A DNA stretch of 32,000 bases from positions 1,710,001 to 1,742,000 of the forward strand of contig NC_010628.1 in assembly GCF_000020025.1 (NCBI RefSeq), written 5' to 3'. The DNA is from Nostoc punctiforme PCC 73102 (lineage in GTDB: Bacteria; Cyanobacteriota; Cyanobacteriia; Cyanobacteriales; Nostocaceae). Under the pieces are notes generated by a model, which ran no database searches, was not told the origin of the DNA, and saw only the letters and a program-made list of their open reading frames with translations. Shown here piece by piece: positions 1 through 7,731 of this stretch (its first letter is position 1; every line of letters begins with the position of its first letter). Both the position numbers and the translations under genes were made by a program.

Positions 1-563
1 TTATTCCACCAAGCGGTCATATTGCAGGAGTTTATGCACGGGTTGATGGACAAAGGGGAGTACACAAAGCCCCTGCCAATGAAACTATTTTGGGAGCTTT
101 AGATTTAAAATATAATCTCAGCAAAGCCAAACAAGATGGGCTTAATCCCGATGGAATTAACGTTATTCGCAAATTAAACGGGAATATCCGCGTTTGGGGT
201 GCGCGTACCTTGGGCGGAGATGCAAATACTGAGTTCAAATACGTCAATATTCGTCGGCACTTTAGTTACCTGCGAGACTCCATTGATAAAGGGACTCAAT
301 GGACAGTTTTTGAACCCAATACCCCCGAACTCTGGGCAAAAATCCGCCGCAATATCAGTGCTTTTTTATTGATAGAGTGGCGCAAAGGTGCATTATTTGG
401 CACAACACCCCAAGAAGCTTTTTATGTGAAATGTGATGCCGAAACCAACCCCCCAGAAGTGCGGGATTTGGGTCAAGTTGTCACAGAGATTGGCATAGCA
501 GTTGTGAAGCCGGCAGAATTCGTGATTTTCCGTCTGAGTCAGTGGACTGGGACGGGAACGTAG
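1..563 (+). CDS. Contractile tail sheath protein, C-terminal part (5' end lies outside the window), paralogue A
   Basis: Frame 3 is open from nt 3 (IPPSGHIAGVYARVDGQRGVHKAPANE...), so the ORF-track start at 90 is an internal Met. The blocks WGARTL, YVNIRR, FEPN..LW, EAFYVKCDAETNPPE are shared almost residue for residue with the next ORF and match the sheath C-terminal domain. Confidence 0.9.
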   Translation, partial: IPPSGHIAGVYARVDGQRGVHKAPANETILGALDLKYNLSKAKQDGLNPDGINVIRKLNGNIRVWGARTLGGDANTEFKYVNIRRHFSYLRDSIDKGTQWTVFEPNTPELWAKIRRNISAFLLIEWRKGALFGTTPQEAFYVKCDAETNPPEVRDLGQVVTEIGIAVVKPAEFVIFRLSQWTGTGT

Positions 564-580
564 GGGATGGGGAATAGACA

Positions 581-615
581 AATAGGCAATAGGCAATAGG
601 CAATAGGCAATAGGC
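581..615. repeat. Heptamer tandem repeat AATAGGC x5 (STRR-like) in the sheath-sheath intergenic spacer
   Basis: Five perfect contiguous copies were read directly. A second heptamer run, AATGACA AATGACA AATGCCA (649-669), contains the ATG of the next gene. Confidence 0.95.
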
Positions 616-663
616 AAATTTTCTTACTCCCCACTGAAAATAATTACGAATGACAAATGACAA

Positions 664-1764
664 ATGCCAACTTTAGAGCCAAAAATACCAGGTATCTCTT
701 TAAACTATGTCGTTCCTACTCCAGAACCTGAGTTACTAACAGGTGTTCCGGTATTCTTTGGTCTGGTTACAGAGGAAGTGAAAGAAGCAAAAAAGCTAAC
801 CTTGGCGACGCATTTTCAGCAGTATTTTGGTCAAGCTAAGGGATATTTAGCAGATGCAATCAAAGGATTTTTTGAAAACGGAGGTCGTCTTTGTTATGTT
901 ATAGCCTTATCTAACAATACTCTTGAAGCTCTGCAACAAGGTTTAGAGACAAGCGAAGTCTTAGAAAATATTGATTTGATTTGTGTTCCCGACATCATGC
1001 TTGGTTCAGATGGGGAAGTTATTCAGATGCAGCAAGCTATTTTAAAACATTGCGAGCAGATGGGCGATCGCTTTGCCATTCTTGATGCTTTGAATGATAT
1101 AGGAAAACTAAATGAGCAACGCAAACGAATTTCTAGTCAAAACGGAGCATTATACGCACCTTGGCTAAAAGTAGAATTTCGCGTCGATCCTATTCCTGCC
1201 TGTGGTCATATTGCAGGAATATATGCAAGTTGCGATCGCACAGTCGGGGTACATGGCGCACCTGCTAATATTCCACTTGCAGGGGTACTGGATCTCAGTT
1301 TTTCCCTAACTCCCACAGATCAAGAACAGCTGAATCCAAAAAACGAAGCGGGAGTCAATTGTATCCGTAGCTTCCAAGGACGAGGTATGCGAGTGTGGGG
1401 AGTACGTACCCTCAGCCCCATCCCAGAATGGCAATATGTCAACGTGCGTCGCTTATTTCTCACCTTTGGACGCTGGGTGAATCGTAATTTAGCCGATACA
1501 GTGTTTGAACCAAATGCTTTTCCTTTATGGGTGCGACTGCAAAGGGAATTAAGCATTTATTGTGAATCTTTATGGCGACAAGGCGCTATCCAAGGTGCTT
1601 TGCCACAAGAGGCATTCTATGTCAAATGTGATGCTGAAACGAATCCCCCTGAAAATCGAGAAATGGGACAAGTAATAGCAGAAATAGGTTTAGCCCCCAC
1701 TATTCCAGGGGAATTTATTCAACTTTTAGTTGTTCAAAGTAGTAGCGGAATTACACTTACTTAA
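664..1764 (+). CDS. Contractile tail sheath protein, paralogue B (366 aa)
   Basis: Motifs: CVPDIM, YAPWLKV, IPACGHIAGIYASCDRTVGVHGAPAN, GVNCIRSFQGRGMRVWGVRTL, YVNVRR, EAFYVKCDAETNPPE. It is colinear with the C-terminus of the preceding partial ORF. Confidence 0.9.
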   Translation: MPTLEPKIPGISLNYVVPTPEPELLTGVPVFFGLVTEEVKEAKKLTLATHFQQYFGQAKGYLADAIKGFFENGGRLCYVIALSNNTLEALQQGLETSEVLENIDLICVPDIMLGSDGEVIQMQQAILKHCEQMGDRFAILDALNDIGKLNEQRKRISSQNGALYAPWLKVEFRVDPIPACGHIAGIYASCDRTVGVHGAPANIPLAGVLDLSFSLTPTDQEQLNPKNEAGVNCIRSFQGRGMRVWGVRTLSPIPEWQYVNVRRLFLTFGRWVNRNLADTVFEPNAFPLWVRLQRELSIYCESLWRQGAIQGALPQEAFYVKCDAETNPPENREMGQVIAEIGLAPTIPGEFIQLLVVQSSSGITLT

Positions 1765-1791
1765 TTCAAATTTATTACAGGAGGTTCTTTT

Positions 1792-2232
1792 ATGCCTACG
1801 ATTTCTAACCCCCATGACCCATACAGTGGTTATAATTTCTGGGTGGAATGGGATGGTATTGTTCATGCTGGGTTTCGTGAATGTAGTGGTTTGACAGCGA
1901 CTCGCAAAGCAGGAACTTATCGAGAAGGAACAGATAAAGCATTAAGCCAACGTCAAATTCCCGGTCTTAATACTTATGGTAACATTACCCTAAAACGAGG
2001 AGTTACCGATAACAAAGAACTGTGGGAATGGCATAAAAAATTACAGAATGGTGAGACAGATAGACGTAATCTTTCCATTATTTTGGCTAACGATCAAGGA
2101 GAAGAAAAAATTCGCTGGAATTTAGAAAATAGCTGGCCTACTATTTGGAATGCTCCAGGTTTTAATGCCACCTCAGACGAGGTAGCGATAGAAACTCTCG
2201 AACTAGTTCATGAAGGTATTACCATTGGTTAA
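1792..2232 (+). CDS. CIS/phage tail tube protein (T4 gp19-like family), paralogue 1
   Basis: AGGAGG lies 8-13 nt upstream. N-terminal DPYSGYNFWVEWDGI..AGFRECSGL and C-terminal IETLELVHEGI are the typical conserved ends of gp19-type tube proteins. It sits immediately after the sheath. Confidence 0.85.
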   Translation: MPTISNPHDPYSGYNFWVEWDGIVHAGFRECSGLTATRKAGTYREGTDKALSQRQIPGLNTYGNITLKRGVTDNKELWEWHKKLQNGETDRRNLSIILANDQGEEKIRWNLENSWPTIWNAPGFNATSDEVAIETLELVHEGITIG

Positions 2233-2252
2233 TATTTCCTTTCAGTAAAATC

Positions 2253-2615
2253 ATGCAGCAAACTGAATTTCCTTTTATCTTGCCTCAAGGATATCTCGAC
2301 TCGGAAGGTAACACTCACCGCGAAGGCATTATGCGCCTTTCAACTGCCTATGATGAAATTGCCCCCATCCGAGATCCAAGAGTGCAGAAAAATCCTGGTT
2401 ATTTGGTGATTATTCTCTTAGCAAGGACGATAGTCCAACTAGGAACATTAGACCAAATTAATACCAAAATAATTGAGGGTTTATTTTCAGGAGATTTAGT
2501 CTATTTACAGGATTTTTATCAAAGGATTAACCAAAACGGTCATAGTCGTTTGCGGGTAGCGTGTCCCCATTGTGATGGAGAGTTTGAAGTGGAAACTATT
2601 CCCGTGGGGGAGTAG
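2253..2615 (+). CDS. Small conserved CIS protein with C-terminal CPHC zinc-ribbon-like motif; positional equivalent of a tail assembly chaperone
   Basis: The 120-aa ORF lies between the tube and the tape-measure candidate, as P2 gpE does. It ends ...ACPHCDGEFEVETIPVGE. The functional call rests on position only. Confidence 0.55.
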   Translation: MQQTEFPFILPQGYLDSEGNTHREGIMRLSTAYDEIAPIRDPRVQKNPGYLVIILLARTIVQLGTLDQINTKIIEGLFSGDLVYLQDFYQRINQNGHSRLRVACPHCDGEFEVETIPVGE

Positions 2616-2767
2616 TTTGCTACCCCACAGAACGACTGCTGGAGGAGGTAGCTTACCTTGCCTACAATTTTCATTGGTCTTACGAACAGATTATGACAAT
2701 GGAACACCGAGAACGTCAACAGTGGGTAACGCAGGTAGCACAAATTAATCAGCGACTTAGCGATTGA
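2588..2767 (+). CDS. Conserved mini-ORF (YPTERLLEEVAYLAYNFHWSYEQIMTMEHRERQQWVTQVAQINQRLSD) with no in-frame ATG/GTG/TTG before its conserved part
   Basis: The frame (nt mod 3 = 2) is open from the TGA at 2585-2587 to the TGA at 2765-2767. It is not in the ORF track. From memory, the peptide resembles a roughly 50-aa family found in CIS loci (annotated DUF6760 in some databases); this needs an HMM check. It overlaps the end of the 2253-2615 ORF and the TTG at 2764 of the next gene. Confidence 0.6.
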   Translation, partial: SGNYSRGGVVCYPTERLLEEVAYLAYNFHWSYEQIMTMEHRERQQWVTQVAQINQRLSD

Positions 2768-3261
2768 GCAAGAAAGAAATGAATCCCAAACTTATCGCAC
2801 TAAATGCAGCTTTAGCCGCAGGTTCAACAGCCAGTTTATTGGGACACGATCCCTACATGGCTTATAACTTTGCTGTTGAAATTGGAGGAGTTGTTGTTGG
2901 TGGTTTTAGTGAAGCTAGCGGTTTAAGTAGTGAAATTGAGTTGGAATCTTATCAGGAAGGAGGCTTAAACGATTTTGTTCATAAATTTCCCAAACATACT
3001 ACTTATCCAAATTTGGTTTTGAGTCGAGGATTAGTAAATATTGATTTGTTTTATATTTGGTATAAAGCAACTAGCCAAGGGTGGATTGAGCAGTTAAACG
3101 GTACGATTCTTTTACTTAATAGTCAGCAAATTCCGGTAATGTGGTGGACGTTTAAAAAAGCATATCCCGTCAAGTGGGAAGGGCCAACCTTTAATGCTAG
3201 TAGTGACGCAATTGCTGTAGAAAAAATTGAACTAGTGCATCAAGGAATTTCTAAGTTATAG
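2764..3261 (+). CDS. CIS/phage tail tube protein (gp19-like), paralogue 2, with an N-terminal extension of about 30 aa
   Basis: DPYMAYNFAVEIGG..GGFSEASGL and VEKIELVHQGI parallel paralogue 1. The start is either the TTG at 2764 or the ATG at 2779 (same frame). Confidence 0.85.
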   Translation: MSKKEMNPKLIALNAALAAGSTASLLGHDPYMAYNFAVEIGGVVVGGFSEASGLSSEIELESYQEGGLNDFVHKFPKHTTYPNLVLSRGLVNIDLFYIWYKATSQGWIEQLNGTILLLNSQQIPVMWWTFKKAYPVKWEGPTFNASSDAIAVEKIELVHQGISKL

Positions 3262-3273
3262 GAATTTAGAGGG

Positions 3274-3302
3274 AATAGGCAAATAGGCAATAGGTGATAG
3301 GT
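3274..3302. repeat. Degenerate heptamer run AATAGGC A AATAGGC AATAGGT GATAGGT, the same unit as at 581-615
   Basis: Read directly. It lies in the spacer between tube 2 and the tape-measure candidate. Confidence 0.85.
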
Positions 3303-3364
3303 AAGGAGGTTCTTATAGTTGTACTCAGCTTTGTAAAAATTGCATAGGAGTTTTGTGTTGCATC

Positions 3365-4909
3365 ATGGCAAATTTATCCAATTGGCAAGATTCACTGGAT
3401 GAGGCGTTAGTAAATCGCCTGCATCGTCCCTTACGTCAACCGGGAATGATGAAAATGGCGATGGGTCAGCGCATTATTAATCGTTGCGATCGCTTTTTAA
3501 ATCGTTTACCTCTTTTGACTCAACAAATGCAACGTTGGGGTAATACTAATAGCCTATCATCTGAGTCTATCCCCATTGTTTATGCACAGCCTGTTTCATT
3601 AGTAAAAGAACAAGAAGTAGAGAATAGAGTATATAATTTACCAACTGTCTCCCAAGTTGATCCTTCGGCTAATATAATTCAAAGAAAATTAGATTCTTCT
3701 CAATCTTTAGCAACTAAAACAGTTAATACTACTATCCCTGTCCAAAATATAACAGAATTCTCAAGCTCGGATGTTGCGGATGAAACAACCAAATCTTTAA
3801 CTTTAGAAACACAAATTAATAAAACCTCTATATCTTCATCTGAGCTTCCAGTAGTTTCGCCAAAACCAATTGCTGAACAATTACCAAAAACAGCAAAAGT
3901 GACGTTAGGAGATTCCACAGGCTCGCAAGCATCTTTGCCTAATAGTGCTGAATCAAATCTCAATCATTCATCTCAACCGATTCTAGATACCACTTCTATC
4001 TTTTCATCGGAAATTCCCGTAGTTTTGCCACAACCCATCGCTGAAGAATTCCCAAAAACAGCAGAAATGGCGTTAGCAGATTTGATAGGCTCGCAAACAT
4101 CTCTACCTAATAGCGCTGAATCAAATCTCAATCATGCATCTCAACCGATTGTAGATGCCAGTTTTATGTTTTCATCAGAAATTCCCGTAGTTTCGCCACA
4201 ACCCATCGCTGATCAATCGCCAGATACAGGAGAAATACAGTCATCACAAGAATTTCCCAGCTTTACTGATACAACCCTACCTATTATTCAAGCAAAACTT
4301 CAGAATTATTCCAGACCACAGCCATCTCTTCCTATTGTTAATAATTTAAATAATTTAGCTAACCAACAAACGCAAGTAGATAATTACGCAGGCAATTTAA
4401 GCTTAATCAAGCACGAACCAAAACAACTTCCTATCGTCACGGCTCAACCTCTAAGTCCTCAAGCTAATTTGCCTCAGCAGGAAATATCATTTGCTATCAA
4501 TTCGCTAACTTCTCAAAATAAATCTGGAAAGTTCCTCAACACACAACCTATTACTGTTTCTACCTCACAAATTAATCAAACTAATCACAAGCAAAATATA
4601 TCTTCCCTTCCCCTTGTCTCTGTAACTTCTACAAGTAACCCATCCTTAAAAGCTCAATCTTTGCCTTTAGCCGGAGCTAAAACTACCCCATCATCAAGGA
4701 GTAATAGCCAGCAATCAAACCTATCAAACCACAATTTAATATCAAATATTGATTCTTCATCACCTCCTATAACTTTTGCCAGTCCTGTATCACCAATAGC
4801 AACTCAATCCAATATTGACGTTGATGCTATAGCGAGTCAAGTTGAACGCAAACTAATGCGACGGTTAGTCATTGAAAGTGAACGCAGAGGGAAAAATCGA
4901 TGGCACTAG
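3365..4909 (+). CDS. Low-complexity S/P/Q-rich protein; candidate tail tape-measure / length-determining protein
   Basis: Its position (after tube/chaperone-like genes, before LysM and gpD-like) equals P2 gpT. It has a basic helical C-terminus, DVDAIASQVERKLMRRLVIESERRGKNRW. The ATG at 3365 is preferred over the track's TTG at 3353, because AGGAG at 3346-3350 is too close to 3353. Confidence 0.5.
   Translation: MANLSNWQDSLDEALVNRLHRPLRQPGMMKMAMGQRIINRCDRFLNRLPLLTQQMQRWGNTNSLSSESIPIVYAQPVSLVKEQEVENRVYNLPTVSQVDPSANIIQRKLDSSQSLATKTVNTTIPVQNITEFSSSDVADETTKSLTLETQINKTSISSSELPVVSPKPIAEQLPKTAKVTLGDSTGSQASLPNSAESNLNHSSQPILDTTSIFSSEIPVVLPQPIAEEFPKTAEMALADLIGSQTSLPNSAESNLNHASQPIVDASFMFSSEIPVVSPQPIADQSPDTGEIQSSQEFPSFTDTTLPIIQAKLQNYSRPQPSLPIVNNLNNLANQQTQVDNYAGNLSLIKHEPKQLPIVTAQPLSPQANLPQQEISFAINSLTSQNKSGKFLNTQPITVSTSQINQTNHKQNISSLPLVSVTSTSNPSLKAQSLPLAGAKTTPSSRSNSQQSNLSNHNLISNIDSSSPPITFASPVSPIATQSNIDVDAIASQVERKLMRRLVIESERRGKNRWH
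3827..4235 (+). repeat. In-frame 168-bp (56-aa) tandem repeat, about 2.4 copies, inside the tape-measure candidate
   Basis: Units start at 3827, 3995 and 4163. Compare SSSELPVVSPKPIAEQLPKTA...SLPNSAESNLNHSSQPI with FSSEIPVVLPQPIAEEFPKTA...SLPNSAESNLNHASQPI and with FSSEIPVVSPQPIADQSPDTG. Confidence 0.9.
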
Positions 4910-5562
4910 AGAAATTAACTATCAAGGCCGAAAAAAATAACCCAGGAGATTTTGCTGATAAATTTAAAGTTCTTTTTAACCCTAATCAAGTGGAAATTGT
5001 CAAAACAGGCTGGTCAATGGGAAACTATGGCCCAGTTGCATCTAAAGAATTAACTCAACTCAGTCTTGATTTGTTCTTTGACACCACGCTGATGGGATTT
5101 CCCCCAGAAAATGTCCAAAACTATACCCGCAAAATTTTTAGTTTGACTCAGTCTCGCATTGGCAAAAATCCTAAACGTCCCCCTCGTTGTCAACTGATTT
5201 GGGGAACTATATCAGGTAAAGATAGCTTGTTATTACCTGATGGTTTTTTAGAAAGTGTCACTAAAAAACTTACTCATTTTCTCGAAGATGGTACGCCTGT
5301 CAGAGCAACTTTAAACTGTAAATTTAAGGAGTGGAAAGAACCAAAAAAAAAGGCAAAGATTGCTAATCCCATTGATGATCCTGTGAGAATTGTTAAACGA
5401 GGAGAAACTTTAAGTAGTATTGCCACTGAAGAATATGGCGATCCGGCTCTATGGCGTGTAATTGCAGCAGAAAATCGCTTAAACAATCCTCGGATGTTAA
5501 ATCCTGGAACTGTGCTGACAATTCCTCCTTTGCGAATTACTAGCCTGACTCAGAGGAGTTAA
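4900..5562 (+). CDS. LysM-domain CIS protein (tube-like N-terminal part plus C-terminal LysM)
   Basis: The C-terminal VRIVKRGETLSSIATEEYGDPALWRVIAAENRLNNPRMLNPGTVLTIPP is a canonical LysM. Its ATG overlaps the end of the previous gene, which suggests translational coupling. Confidence 0.85.
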   Translation: MALEKLTIKAEKNNPGDFADKFKVLFNPNQVEIVKTGWSMGNYGPVASKELTQLSLDLFFDTTLMGFPPENVQNYTRKIFSLTQSRIGKNPKRPPRCQLIWGTISGKDSLLLPDGFLESVTKKLTHFLEDGTPVRATLNCKFKEWKEPKKKAKIANPIDDPVRIVKRGETLSSIATEEYGDPALWRVIAAENRLNNPRMLNPGTVLTIPPLRITSLTQRS

Positions 5563-5565
5563 ATC

Positions 5566-6636
5566 ATGCCAAATGATTCTTCATTATTAAATCCTAATGT
5601 CAAAATTTTGGTTCAAAATAAACCCCTAGCCGCAGAAATAGAAGCTGATTTAGTCTCAGTTTTAGTATCTGAGGATTTGGAAGCTCCTGGTATGTTCGAA
5701 CTGCGATTGATTACTTGGGACTTATTAAAACAAGAAATGACATGGGTAGATGACAAATTATTTGATATTGGCAATAAAGTAGAAATTCAGATGGGATATG
5801 AACAAGAAATAAAAACCATTATGGTGGGAGAAATTACGGGATTAGAACCAGAATACACGCAGGATGTAGCACCTATATTAGTGGTGCGTGGTCATGATTT
5901 ACGCCATCGTTTGTTGCGAGGCAGTCACACAAAATCCTTTCTAAAAATTAAGGATAGTGAAATTGTCAGTCAAATTGCTAGAACTAGAGGAATTACAGCA
6001 AAAGTTACTGATAGTAAAGTGAAGTTAGAATATATTTTGCAGCATAATCAAACAGATTGGGATTTTTTAAAAGAGAGAGCTAAACGTATTGGTTATGAAG
6101 TTGCAATGGAGCAAACAACTCTCTATTTTCGTCCCCATCAGAATGCTAAAGGTAAAGCTTTGACTTTAACTTATGGAGCAGATTTGCAAGAATTTTTGCC
6201 ACGCTTAAGTACTATGAACCAGGTACAACAGGTAGAGGTAAAAGGTTGGATTTATCAAGAAAAAAATAAAAAAGAAGTCTCAGGTAAGGCAGAAGTAGGA
6301 AAAGAAGGTGGCACAATGGGAGGTTTAACTTCTGGGGTAAAAGCAGTCAGAAAAGCCTTTGGTGAATCAAGCCATACGATAGTAAATCAACCTGTGTCAA
6401 GTAAAGAAGAAGCCGATAGCATGGCATTGGGGCAGTTTCAGGATATGGCGATCGCTTACATTACCGGTGAAGGAACTTGTCAAGGTAATCCCAATTTACG
6501 CGCTGGGAAAGTAATTGAAATTCTTGGAATTGGTAAAAGATTTAGCGGTCTTTATTATATTAAAAGTGCGGAACATAGTTGTTACCCAAATCAGGGTTAT
6601 AAAACTTCATTTACGGTAGGGAGAAATGCTACATGA
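5566..6636 (+). CDS. Phage late control gene D (gpD)-like baseplate hub protein
   Basis: The size (356 aa), the block QTDWDFLKERAKRIGYEV, the ending ...YKTSFTVGRNA, and the position directly before the spike gene support the call. Confidence 0.8.
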   Translation: MPNDSSLLNPNVKILVQNKPLAAEIEADLVSVLVSEDLEAPGMFELRLITWDLLKQEMTWVDDKLFDIGNKVEIQMGYEQEIKTIMVGEITGLEPEYTQDVAPILVVRGHDLRHRLLRGSHTKSFLKIKDSEIVSQIARTRGITAKVTDSKVKLEYILQHNQTDWDFLKERAKRIGYEVAMEQTTLYFRPHQNAKGKALTLTYGADLQEFLPRLSTMNQVQQVEVKGWIYQEKNKKEVSGKAEVGKEGGTMGGLTSGVKAVRKAFGESSHTIVNQPVSSKEEADSMALGQFQDMAIAYITGEGTCQGNPNLRAGKVIEILGIGKRFSGLYYIKSAEHSCYPNQGYKTSFTVGRNAT

Positions 6637-7340
6637 ACGGACTAGATGTTTTATTATCAAACAACCAAAATCATCATTTTTATGGTGTAACTATTGGTGT
6701 AGTCACTAATAACAAAGACCCAAAGAAGTTAGGAAGAGTCAAAGTAAAATTTCCTTGGCTATCTTCTGAAGAAGAAAGTTACTGGGCTAGAGTGGTAACT
6801 CTCATGGCAGGAAATGACCGGGGCATTTATTTTTTGCCTGAAGTTGATGATGAAGTTTTGGTTGCTTTTGAACAAGGTGATATGAATTTTCCTTACATTC
6901 TTGGTGCTTTATGGAATGGGAAAGATAAACCACCAATAACAAATGAAGATGGTAAAAATAATCAACGAGTCATTAAATCTCGAAGCGGTCACATGATTGT
7001 TTTAGATGATACTGAGGAAAACGAACAAATTATTATTCAAGACAAGACTGGTAAAAATAAAATTGTAATTAATTCTAAAGAAAATAAGATGAATATTCAA
7101 GTTGAAAAAGATTTAACTATTGAAACCAAAGGAAAAATTATCTTAAAAAGTAGCGATGATGATATCTCGATTGACTGTAAAAACTTGCAAATAAAAACTC
7201 AACAAAATTATCAATTAGAAGTAGGTGCAAATTGTACAATCAAAGCTAAATCTAAATATAAACTGGAAGCGCAATCTGGCTTAGGGATCAAATGTGCAGC
7301 CGGAGTGAAAATAAATGATGGTTCATTGGAAGTGATGTAA
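6633..7340 (+). CDS. Baseplate spike protein (gpV / gp5-OB / VgrG-like) with C-terminal beta-helix
   Basis: YGVTIGVVTNNKDPKKLGRVKVKFPWL....YWARV....AGNDRGIYFLPEVDDEVLVAFEQGDMNFPYILGALWNG is the OB-fold spike signature. The C-terminal part shows an alternating beta-strand periodicity. There is an ATGA overlap with gpD-like. Confidence 0.88.
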   Translation: MNGLDVLLSNNQNHHFYGVTIGVVTNNKDPKKLGRVKVKFPWLSSEEESYWARVVTLMAGNDRGIYFLPEVDDEVLVAFEQGDMNFPYILGALWNGKDKPPITNEDGKNNQRVIKSRSGHMIVLDDTEENEQIIIQDKTGKNKIVINSKENKMNIQVEKDLTIETKGKIILKSSDDDISIDCKNLQIKTQQNYQLEVGANCTIKAKSKYKLEAQSGLGIKCAAGVKINDGSLEVM

Positions 7341-7726
7341 TGGAGATTGATTTTTTAGGTGTGGGATGGGCTTTACCTGTCCAGCTTGATAAAAATGCTC
7401 AAATTGAGGTGGCGCGCTATGAAGATGTTGTGCGTCAATCAATTTGGATGATTCTCAGTACGGCCAAAGGAGAACGAGTAATGCGTCCTGATTTTGGCTG
7501 TGATATTCATGAAAAGGTTTTTTCTCCTAATAGTTTGGGAACGGTTGGACAAATTGTTAGTGATGTGCAAGATGCTTTAATAGAATGGGAGCCTCGCATT
7601 GATGTTTTAGATGTAGATACCATTCCCGATCCTAACCAACCGAATGTGATTTTAATTCAAATAAATTATCAAATTCGGACAACAAATAATATTTTTAATT
7701 TAGTTTATCCTTTTTATTTACAGTAA
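7340..7726 (+). CDS. GPW/gp25-family baseplate wedge protein
   Basis: GWALPV...SIWMILSTAKGERVMRPDFGCDIHEKVF plus the 128-aa size. There is a TAATG overlap with the spike gene. Confidence 0.9.
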   Translation: MEIDFLGVGWALPVQLDKNAQIEVARYEDVVRQSIWMILSTAKGERVMRPDFGCDIHEKVFSPNSLGTVGQIVSDVQDALIEWEPRIDVLDVDTIPDPNQPNVILIQINYQIRTTNNIFNLVYPFYLQ

Positions 7727-7731
7727 TTTTT

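Noticed and set aside
393-663. Minus-strand ORFs 393-617 and 481-663
   Set aside because: They run through the AATAGGC heptamer array (PIAYCLLPIAY is the repeat translated) and overlap the sheath C-terminus. They are not credible genes.
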